DNA of 20,000 nt from Asterionella formosa. Taxonomy: Eukaryota. The notes below the pieces were generated by a model. That model searched no databases, had not been told where the DNA came from, and saw only the letters and a program-made list of their open reading frames with translations. Shown piece after piece: positions 1-10,006 of the stretch; the first letter of the stretch is position 1, and every line of letters starts with the position of its first letter. The stretch covers positions 45,631 through 65,630 of the forward strand of contig NKIB01013019.1 in assembly GCA_002256025.1 (NCBI GenBank), given 5' to 3'. The position numbers and the translations under genes are program-made.

Positions 1-2234
1 CCAACCTGTTCAAGCATCTTTGTTAGTTCTTCATTTCTAAAATAGTTTGAAGTTCCATTTCCGAAGCCTTCATTTGATTGTTGTTATTTGATCCACATCT
101 TTAATGCCATCAATCGCAATTTCTTTCCTTTTTTGTAGGACAATTTGTCTGCAAATAAAATCCTTCATACTAGGATTGTGATCATCTGATCATAATTTTT
201 GTTATTTCATCTAATAATTTTGATAAATGCCCTTGTATTTTAAATAGTAACCCTTTTGATTATGTATATTTAATTATTATATGTATCGTTTCTATTAGAT
301 TGCTGTATTTGAATTTCTTGGTAGGAAAGTGTACCAGCTAAAGTAATGTAATTTGGCTCATCATCCTCTCCAGTCCTCACTCTGATTCTTGCAACAACGA
401 CAAAGCATCCATGTCGAGAGGAACAAGTGTTTGTATAAAATCTTCATTTGTTGTTCAAGTCATCATATGTCTTTGATTAATCATCATCTACATTGCACAG
501 TATGTTCGTACTATGCAATCCGTTAAGAGCTTGAAAAGAAATCCTATGAAAACTAAATGGCTCATCACACAACACAAATATTTCCGGTCTGTCACCAGAG
601 CATCAATCAGTGTTACAACCTCAATCATAGCTAAACAACATCCATTATAGAACAGCACAATCTACTTCTATGTTAAATCGTCTATCTAACGAGAACATAA
701 TACATTTAGAGTTGAAACGCAGCATAGCAGGCAATATGCACAAAGAAGCAAGAGCCTTTCTATGTATAGTAACAGAGTGATTCTGGTTTCAAAATTTTTG
801 ATGTCTCATTAGATTTACTTTGTCATCGTACTAGTTCCTTACCTTTGACGACAGGAGCGTTTCTTTGATGTATCTGAAATGGTTCAATGGATGGCAACAG
901 TCGGATTTAGACACAAACCTCTACAAAAGCACTACTTTGTAGATGTTCATGAAAAGCCAGACACTTTGGCCTATCTCCAACCAGCCAGTCTATACTGCAA
1001 AAATGCAAAAAGCACAAGTTGAACGCCCATTTATGGATTCAAGTTTCAGTAGTGCAATGTAAAACATCAGAAGCCGGAAGTAACATTTCATCTAATTACG
1101 GTTTTCAGTTTACTAGTAGAATTGATTGAGAGGAAGCAATGGTAGGATGACAAACAGGCGGGGTCAAACAACACAGAGAAGCCTAATTTTTCTCCCCAAT
1201 GATCCCAGACCCTCTTGGATGTACTAGCTTGCTACAAAAAATGGAGAACAGCCGCCATGATCTGTTGATTGTTGCTGTATGGTGCCACTGACCAAAACCT
1301 CCAGAAATCTCAATGAGTTGCTTGTTTCTTGACTTGAATGCCAAAGGGATCAAAACCAGTGGAAAAAACAAGAGGGAACTAAAAATTCTCTGCAAACATC
1401 AGGACAATTGTGAAAGAGAAATGGAGGTTCTTGGGAGGAGAAGTAAAGGGATAATTGCTGCTGGTCTTGTGGGAACAAGAATGAATTGACCCAAACAATG
1501 TTGACAAATACTAGTTACCTCCATCTACAATTCCGATTACTGGTACAGCCGCCACCAAAAAACCGCTAGGTAGTCAAATATGATCACCCAAATTAATTAT
1601 TTGGGTGGCCCAATATGACGAATTTAGCTACGTACATAATTTAAGGGTATGACATCACATAAAAAATGTGATGCATCATGCAATTTATATGAACAGAGTG
1701 AACTAAAATAGTTTCGACACCTTCCATTACTATTGTAGAAACCCACATAATTTTTGGGGCCAACTGACAATATATTCTGGCGACACGAAGAAAAATTTGT
1801 TCAGTAATAATCTCTATAATACGCTACTTTTCTCTACAATTCGCAACATTACTGTTCACAAATATTCTTCACTCTGACTACCATTAATTCTGTTAGTTCG
1901 CTCCCATTTTATCTTTACTTTGATCACATTAACAATACCTCAAGGTTAAACAAATTATGTGTAACCAATCAACGTTTAAATTAAATTCTTGCTACAATCG
2001 CAAAATCAATCAAATTAATCACTTTGCTATATAGTATCTATTGATACTTTCTATAGAACGTGATACTCAACCCAATAAGACAAACAATGGATGTTCATTC
2101 TTGCAGCTGGATGCTGTAACGATTCGCAAGATTGCCTGGCTACTCATACTTGCAGGAGTCTCTGTCGCTACTATCGGTAGATCAATTCATAGCAAATGAG
2201 CCAGCTGCTCATTCTCATTGCTTGTCTGTTGTAG

Positions 2235-2885
2235 GAAGAGGGCAACATTTGCAGAGTGAGTTGATGAGAAAACAAAATTTGCGAAGCTATGATTTCGGTT
2301 CTGTTGTGCTCCTTACCATGTTCCCCACTGTCCAACAACCCAGCCCTCATCAAAATGATCGTCTGCAATCAGTGAACAGCGGTCGCAGAGTGAGTTCATG
2401 GACAAAAAATTGTTACAAAGGCATTGTTCTCGTTGTGCTTAGTACCGTGCCGCCTGATTCCCAACAAATCCCTTGCTCAACAGATTGATTGTTTGTAGAC
2501 AAAGAACAGCGAATGCAGAGTAAGTTTGTGATCAACAATTAACAAGCACACAATCAAGCCTTTCTTCTAATTCATTACAAATAAGCAATGCCTGCGCTAA
2601 CAATTCCGAACAAAGACGAAGGAGAATAGGAGAGGAGATCCGCCCACAACAAGCAACAGCAAACAATATCAGCAGAAGGCAAGAAAACAGTGCACTTGCT
2701 TACCATGTATATATTTGTCCTCTATGCACCAGAGGAATCCTTTCAAAAATGCGAAAAACAAATGATTGATAGCCTTCCTAGGACAGGCAGAGCACGACGT
2801 ATTTCATTATTCCCAAGGTTCAACCCTGCCCTGCCAAAACAGATTGATTGTCTGTAGAAAAAGAACAAGGTTTGCAGAGTAAGTT
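2235..2885 (+). repeat. Degenerate repeat of four 21-nt cassettes ending in GCAGA|GT(G/A)AGTT; possible microexon array
   Basis: 21-nt blocks at 2235-2255, 2369-2389, 2499-2519 and 2858-2878, each followed by GTGAGTT or GTAAGTT. Three are preceded by TGTAG and one by TGCAA. Spacing is 134, 130 and 359 nt, and the spacers are similar to one another. Confidence 0.6.
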
Positions 2886-4572
2886 CATGACTGACCACTT
2901 TTCCAATTCCAAACGGCACAAGTAAGAGGAAGAACGAAATGTAGGTAAAGGAACTACAACAGCAATCACGCATAGTTCCGAACACAAGACGAAGAAAACG
3001 AGAGATGGTGCTGAGCAACAACAAAAAGAACCACAACAATGTGGCAAAAGACCTGTTTCCATTTCCCAAAATATTAAGTGCTTCCTTTCTGTGATGACAA
3101 GGAGCTACCGGAAAAAGGAACCAATACTTTCGGCATCATCAATCTATATACAAGCCTGCGCCACCTGACGTCAATATAGCTACCTCGACTTCATCAATGA
3201 AGAAAGTATGATGGGCGGAGCATGTGAGAAAAAATCGGGGTTGAGGTGAGGAGCCGTTGTCTTGACACCAACGTGCTTGGCTGAAGTTGCAGATGAAGGC
3301 ATTGAGTAACCTGGGCCTGTGCAGCCAAAGGATAAAGAAAAATCTATGACAAGGGTGGTGAGATAGTGTTTAGGAGGGGGGAGCAAAAGTTATCATAGCT
3401 GAACGATTCGAAAATTCGCATAGACAATATATGGTGGCATACCATGGCTGCTCTTGGCTGACAGTTGCCAAGTCAATGTACAAACACAACAAGGGTGAAC
3501 AAAAGACGATCCCATTTTAATCGACTGGCTGATACATAGTTTTGAGACTCACCATTCTGCAATGGGGTGGACTTTGAACATTGCTTCGTTGGAAGCACAA
3601 TCAATTCGAATGCTGTCCAGTGAAGCAATGAAAACAATTGTGGCGAAAAAGTGCAGAGCAGATCAAGAGATTTCATAGGAATTAAAATAACAACAGCAGG
3701 GCATATATGATGCACTGCTCCTTGTGTATATTTGATCATTTCCATATTCATATAAAGGTGCATGGATGACTCCTCCCGCCCTTTTATTAGATATGCAGCC
3801 ATGTTGCGATAATTCTACAGGACCTATAGGATTGGTAGTCTGGTGGTCATCATTTCCGCATTGTATATACCAGTAGGAGTCATGTATGCATGCATGCAGC
3901 GATAATTCTAACAAGACATAAAATTTGGTAGCTTGGGGGTAATCACTTCCGTAATGTATACAGGGGCTGGGTTGCATGCATGAACAACTACTTCGGTATA
4001 AAGTATGATCTTTAATCAATAAGTTTTAATCCGTTCATCCTGTACCTATGATCATATGATGACTTGATGAGAAAATGAAAGATCAAAATTTATTTTCAGG
4101 AATTAGGATCAATTGATCTTGAAAATGTGATCAAATGATCCTAAACACATGAGGATATTCAGTTTTCCGACGCACTATTGTGGTACTCCCATGAGAGAAG
4201 TAATAACCAGCAAGTATACAGTACTACCATGGTCAATATGTCTATATTTATTAATTTATGAGTTTGACCATTTGAAAAATTGGTGATGACTCCTGTCATT
4301 GGGGGCTTAATGCATTAAATCAGCAACTGAGGACTTGTAGGTACAAGAATTGACACAAGACAAATTGAAAAATTCAACAGGTCGTGGAAAGCTATGAACT
4401 CATCATGCATTGTATATATTTGAATTATGTATAATCAAAATTGATGTTAGTACACCCAGGATGTGCCATGTAATGACTGTGTTTAAAACTATGCAAATGT
4501 TCAACTATTTATACATTTAAACTTACAAATCTGTATATATAGTATGTATACATGGCTGAAACATTTGAAATC

Positions 4573-4930
4573 ATGTTTTCATGTTCCTTGTCATCCATAC
4601 ACTTCTTTGCTCCTGAAATGAAGGATCATCACACATGATGATGCAGAAAACAAAAGTGATAATACAGCACAATGATACTTGTGGCTTAGAAGGAGTGACT
4701 ACGGAGAAGGGCGGAATCAATTGATGGTAAGTCAAGAGCAAATGCTTTTCATGTTTTTGTCATGCATACAGTTCCTGAAAGGAAGGATCTCAATCAACAC
4801 ATGATTCGAAAAACTGAAGTGACAATACAACACGATGATACCAATACCGCACAATAAGAAGGAGTGAATATGATGGAGAAGGGCGGAATCAACATGCTGT
4901 GCATGGTACCACGTCAAGAGCAGCAAATGC
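4573..4930 (+). repeat. Diverged tandem duplication, two units of about 170-190 bp
   Basis: Shared collinear blocks TTTTCATGTT..TGTCAT.CATAC, TCCTGAAA.GAAGGATC, AAGTGA.AATACA.CAC.ATGATAC, GGAGAAGGGCGGAATCAA (4703-4720 and 4875-4892) and GTCAAGAGCA. Confidence 0.85.
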
Positions 4931-4984
4931 CAGGATGATCAATTGTTGGGATTACAAATACGGAATGACTCCTCCCCTTTTCAG

Positions 4985-5529
4985 TGATTTAATAGCTCCT
5001 TTTGGATTTGTTACCCAACCATCAATGTGGAAAAAAGAAATCGGTAAGTGCTACCATCTTTGGATCAATCCACAACTGCAAGAAAAACTGACACATGTGT
5101 GTTTCTTCTTTCAGGATAATGGTAGACAAACAGTATTTGTAAGTTACAAAGAGCAGTATTGGAGCCCATTTATTGATCGATACTTTCTCATTCAATCTTC
5201 AACTGACACATTCTTTTACAGAAAAATGCTTCAGTTACTTCCTCAATTTGTGGTAAGTGAAGATAGAAGCGAAATGCATGGGGTTTTGTAAGCAAAACAT
5301 GTACAGCTAACAATGAATTGCTTCTCTTTGTTAGTATGGCTGGTTGGAACAAAGAAACGGAATAAATAGTAATGGGAAAATGCGTGACTGCAAACTCAGA
5401 TCCACCAGGAGTAAAAGGAATGCAGGGGAACAAGGGCAAGGCAACCAGTAGAACAACCTTCAGAATTGGATTAGGAGGAAGGTGGAAGTGAAAGCGGCAC
5501 CGACAATCATTGCGATGAGAGCATTGTAG
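4985..5529 (+). pseudogene. Fragment of an intron-rich gene with small exons (4985-5043, 5115-5138, 5222-5252, 5335 onward); product unknown
   Basis: Three consecutive canonical introns (5044-5114, 5139-5221, 5253-5334), each with a GTAAGT donor, CTGAC/CTAAC branch site, pyrimidine tract and YAG. The spliced frame FNSSFWICYPTINVEKRNRIMVDKQYLKMLQLLPQFVYGWLEQRNG... is open across all three junctions, bounded by TGA 4985-4987 and TAG 5449-5451. Confidence 0.6.
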
Positions 5530-7811
5530 AACATTCCGTAGCCACTCAAGATATAGAAACATAGAACCATTCTTAGCTAAATATAGTTCTAAATATCGTT
5601 CAATTTCATTTTTTTTAGACAGTGAGCGATATCGATGAGAATTACAATAATGTTAAGATAGATGTATGAGAAAAGTATACACATCATAGGCCCATGTTTA
5701 ACTAATTATACGATGCAATGGTATCATAACTATAATAGCATCATCATACTTCAAGTTTGGTAAAAAATTAATAAATCATCATAGTTACAGGATACCTTGA
5801 TCATAGTTTTGATCAAAAAATTATCATAAATATGAAAATCCTGTGCCACTTAGTGTATGATACCTTCGATCATATATGCATGATACTTTTTATTTGCAGA
5901 TGTTATTGGCTTGGAAACATGACATAAGAGTCTCGGCATCAAAAAATGAGAGCTTTGACAACATTGAAATGTCCTGCACGATCAAAGATCGGCTTGTGCC
6001 TCGTTCAATTGCACAACGTTAATCAGGGTATTTTTTGTCTCAATGACAATGTGAGTAATCAATGACACCCTGTGTCTTATGGTCCTTTGACCTGTCACTC
6101 AAAAGTTGGATGATCTGTTGTAAAGACAGTGAGATACAGTGACTGTTTGTAGTGATTGTGACCGGAGCAACTTCCGGCACTTGTTGCTCACAATGGCACA
6201 ATCGCCGTTATCGCTCGATTCTTTTCAACTTTCCTTCGTTGGTGTGCTGTGGGTTTGCTAAACTGTGAAGATCTAACTCATCTAGAATAGAAAAAATGAA
6301 GAGGTTATTGACAATATCGAAGAGATTGAAGCGACGATGAAAGAAGGAAAGAGTCAAAAAAATTATAAAGTGTTATCAACGATGCAATATCAAGTTCTGA
6401 GGAAATTCGGGAAGAAGAATTTCCATGGTGGCCTGTCAGAATTTCAATTGGTCTGACCTGCGTACATGCATATTTATTTAATAGCATGAAGATATTAAAA
6501 TAATGATAACAAACCATGATAAAATGATTAGTAATTTTCGATTTTGTAAAACTGCTTGACACTTTTATTAGTTGCTCAGATAGTAGAATACACGTGTCGC
6601 TAGCAAGTAGTGAAAGTAACGAACACGTAGCATTGATATTCATTGCGAAATAGCTAAAATAGAAAATCGGCGGAAGCAACATGGCGCTCGACCACAATGA
6701 CAATATCTCCATGATTTCTTGCCGGTTGAAAACCCGAGTAGTTTGTACATAACCGTCATACATCAAGTAGACATCCACTACAACATCAGTAGCTGAAAAC
6801 AACAATTGGTTTATAATTTTTGATTTATCTGTTTGCAATAGGCGCATCATCATGGTCATGATGTTGCCACTACTACCAGTACCAAACCGGAAAACATCAT
6901 GTTCCAAGAACATGCATGCTTGTAGAACACATAGCTAACAACAATATACTGGTGCTGACATAAAGTCAATGGTACTATCAGTTCATTATATATTCACGAT
7001 ACCAGGATGTGGTGGTACCACCTAAAAACTGAGAGTCATCCTTAAACAGGGTAATCATACGTTTTGGGACGAATATTGGAGATATGTTGATTCTGTTTCA
7101 GACAGAGTTGTTCCTTGGCATGTATGGACGAGCAATGTTCATACTTTGTAAGTTGAGTTTTCGTGGCCATTCTTGAGATGAATAGGTCGAAAGGTAGCTG
7201 TCGCAAAACTTTGGGTCAAATCAGATTACCCTATTGAGCCAGCAATGCATTTTTGACACTTAGATCGCATTTCCGCTAATTTAATTATGATCGATTCTTT
7301 GTTAATTAGCTATACAGTGTCTTTTGTTTCTATATCTTTTGACTTCGATTGATCATCAATGTCACATGGAGTGCTGTTGCTCCGTCCTGTTCACCACGCA
7401 TTGACTCAAGGCAGCGATCAGTTTACCAGTATGTACGCACTGATGGCAGAGTCTCACTGGTGTATAATTAAATATTTTACCGGCATTATCATTACAACCA
7501 TTCAAAGAAATTAAAATTGTTGACTTTCTAACATGAAGCTATGTTATTATTAGTCCTCTGAGTAGAATAGATAATTTGCTAGTATATTATACAACGAATT
7601 GCATTGTAGCTTGTATATTCGTTAAGATATAGTCGAATATGTAAAAATTGGAAAACTCACAATGGCGCTCGACACTATCGATGATTTTTCGATCCCTCTT
7701 TGTCGCATCAAGACGCGATGCTTTCGAACAGATGTGCCGTTCTATAATATAACATAATCTACTCGAGATTACATTCAAAACCCGATCATTGATTCATAAT
7801 TCATTATTTAA

Positions 7812-8925
7812 GGTTCCTGCATTTGAACCCCTAGGCAAAAATGAAAAAAATATTGCTTAGTGTTGCCGAAATTCCCTGGAACTAAGAACTTTTATGTGCT
7901 AATTTGAATATCAATGATTCAGTTTGAAATATTCAAATGAGTGGAAATTTGCGCGTACATGTATAGATTCCATTTCAAATGCATTAAATATGTATAAAAA
8001 TAGATTCTACATCGCTGAATGTTTTAAATTGCTTTTCTACGGTATCAACAAATATGTTTCACATTCACGACCCGTCGGCTCCGAATAATATTTGAAAGTG
8101 CATACTAACGGTAGTAACGTACTGGTAAGCGTGCACTACCTCGTACTATGACTAATGATGATCAGCTACCTGGTACCGGTAGGTCTACCCGGTACTCGGT
8201 ATTCCTACTCCGTATGGATACCGGTATACGGGTAGGATCGGCCAACACCCAAGAAAATGCTTCATGTGTATCCACTGTGGCCGGCGTGGGATTGCAAGAC
8301 CTCGCAAACCGTGCCAATCGAACGGATGTAAGGATAACCAATCAGAATATGATTATTACAGCGGGCAATTACATTGGCACTTTTTGTACACGAGATTTTA
8401 CGAGCACAAATTTTAGCACAAGACTACCATTCCGATGATGACGTTTCGGCGATTAGTGATTCTGATTCCGACGTTTTGGTGACCGTTGAAAAGGCCGATA
8501 TCGTCGAATTTTTGGACGACGATAGCTCAACGTTGGCAGGGTTTGAAGAAGAGTTAAGTACATAGGTAATCTTCATATAGCCCCAGAAGTTACCTTTCGG
8601 CGAGAAACTGCAGAAAGGAACTTCGGTTTTTTTACTAGGCCAAATAAACGAGTTAGCCCGGTAAAATCCACTATTTTCAGCATAGTTAAAAAACCGAAGT
8701 TCCTTTCTGCAGTTTCTCGCCAGATCCTATATCCTGACGATATATAGCGTTGACCTATACCCCTACTTTGATACATGACTGTATTTTAGCATGTTGAAAG
8801 GGTGTGTATTGGTGAAAGCTCCGTTTAGCGATATACATTTACGTTTTACTCGTAAGAAGTCAATGTTTGACTACTCTGACTTAATACTATTTTTTTAACC
8901 CTACCTCGAGCTAAATGCAGGAACC
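7812..8925. mobile_element. 1114-bp non-autonomous DNA transposon with 13-bp TIRs (GGTTCCTGCATTT) and TTAA flanks; Kolobok-like termini
   Basis: TTAA(7808-7811)-GGTTCCTGCATTT ... AAATGCAGGAACC-TTAA(8926-8929). The perfect inverted repeat spans 7804-7824 / 8913-8933. TTAA TSD with RR..YY ends fits Kolobok; a TA-TSD (Tc1/mariner) reading is also possible. Confidence 0.7.
8599..8721. repeat. Inverted repeat/hairpin with 34-bp perfect arms and a 55-nt spacer
   Basis: GGCGAGAAACTGCAGAAAGGAACTTCGGTTTTTT (8599-8632) pairs exactly with 8688-8721. The stem extends imperfectly about 8 bp inward. Confidence 0.95.
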
Positions 8926-9958
8926 TTAAATAAAATTGTCTTTCATCATTGTCATTGCTTTGTTGATCAGCAACATCGTCATGACGTTTACCCGGTACCA
9001 GTACCAGGTACCCTGGTACACAGCTTGGACTACATGTTATATGTATGAGGATTGTAAAAGAACAAGTGGTAGGCTGTCATGCAATAGACGTAATTGAATA
9101 TTACTGAAACCGTCACTAAACTTAATAACTAAAGTTGCATTTGAGCCGAAACCAAATATTAAAAATGGATTGTTGTCGAAACTAACTATTATTATGGGAA
9201 GAAAACATCGAAAGGGACAATATATAAAGGGTAGTAATCTGTAACAGACTTATAATTTTGTGGCATCAAAAAGCTTTTGTAGCAACAATAGGGTAATCGG
9301 GAAAAAATGGAAGATACAATTTCCTCATGTATGATAAACCAATAAACTGAGAGTCATCCTTATGAGGCAAAACGATGACATTAGAAACTTTTATATCTCA
9401 AGAAATATTGAGTTCAACCTAGTTAAAATCAGATCTAGTAGTACCTAAGAGGACAAGCTACAATAACCTTTGTACTTGCTTTAACATTACCATTCAATCG
9501 GACTAAAATAATTTGAGTTGTAACATGGGGTAAAATAAGGATGACTCTCAGTTTTTTGAATCGGTGGTTGATGCTGGTATGTTTACAGGGGCGCATGTAT
9601 GTACCGGTACTCTGTCATAGTCCTATGTATGATGCATACCGGTATGTACCACAACTGATTGCACTTCTGCACATTCATACCAGTAGGGAAATTCATATAA
9701 GCTAGGAAATTTCTGGAGTAAGGAATCTTGACACTCAGAATTGTGATTGGGAAACCCCCGAATCCAAAAGCAACCACCGAATCTTGCTTAGCAAGGTTGG
9801 GAAACTGGTTTTTTTTCGGAAAATCATTCTTCGAAATTAGATTTTGATATTAATGAAATTAATTCGCCAGCGCGAAACCGTAAGAATGTTCTAAATGTCT
9901 AAGAAATATTACCGGGGAGTCGAATTTGAGTGCTTGCCGGCGCCGCGTTCTATTTTCG

Positions 9959-10006
9959 GCAAAATGACCATAACTTGCAGGTACCTGCAAGTTGCGGTCA
10001 TTTTGC
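9959..10006. repeat. 48-bp loopless near-perfect palindrome centred on GGTACC
   Basis: GCAAAATGACCATAACTTGCAGGT|ACCTGCAAGTTGCGGTCATTTTGC, 22 of 24 pairs. A third arm-like copy lies at 10056-10078. Confidence 0.92.

Larger units (their letters stand above)
7024..9556. mobile_element. Putative non-autonomous TIR element with 21-bp inverted repeats and an internal extra copy of the repeat
   Basis: AAAAACTGAGAGTCATCCTTA (7024-7044) is the exact reverse complement of 9536-9556. A further direct copy lies at 9344-9362. Subterminal inverted similarity between about 7224-7259 and 9263-9298 (core CAATAGGGTAATC). No clear TSD. Confidence 0.55.

Noticed and set aside
1..1500. Stop-interrupted protein-like frames on the minus strand
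   Set aside because: Probably decayed coding or TE sequence, but no recognisable motif or definable boundaries.
1585..1770. Short hairpins (CACCCAAAT/ATTTGGGTG; CATCACAT/ATGTGATG) and a weak direct repeat
   Set aside because: Arms are only 8-9 bp in AT-rich DNA; could be TE subterminal motifs but are not distinguishable from chance.
2235..2885. Possible CRISPR-like repeat-spacer array
   Set aside because: Repeats are degenerate, spacers are long and homologous to one another, there are no cas genes, and the context is eukaryotic.
4006..4140. GATC/ATGATC-rich tract, with a similar tract at about 5790-5885
   Set aside because: No consistent period or partner terminus found; may reflect CpG decay of a simple motif.
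6305..6913. 202-aa minus-strand ORF
   Set aside because: No recognisable domain, and the composition is that of AT-rich non-coding or antisense sequence; cannot be supported as a gene.
8328..8361. GTAAGG...TTACAG candidate intron joining ORFs 8148 and 8374
   Set aside because: Only 34 nt, much shorter than the 71-83-nt introns seen elsewhere in the window, with no clear branch site.
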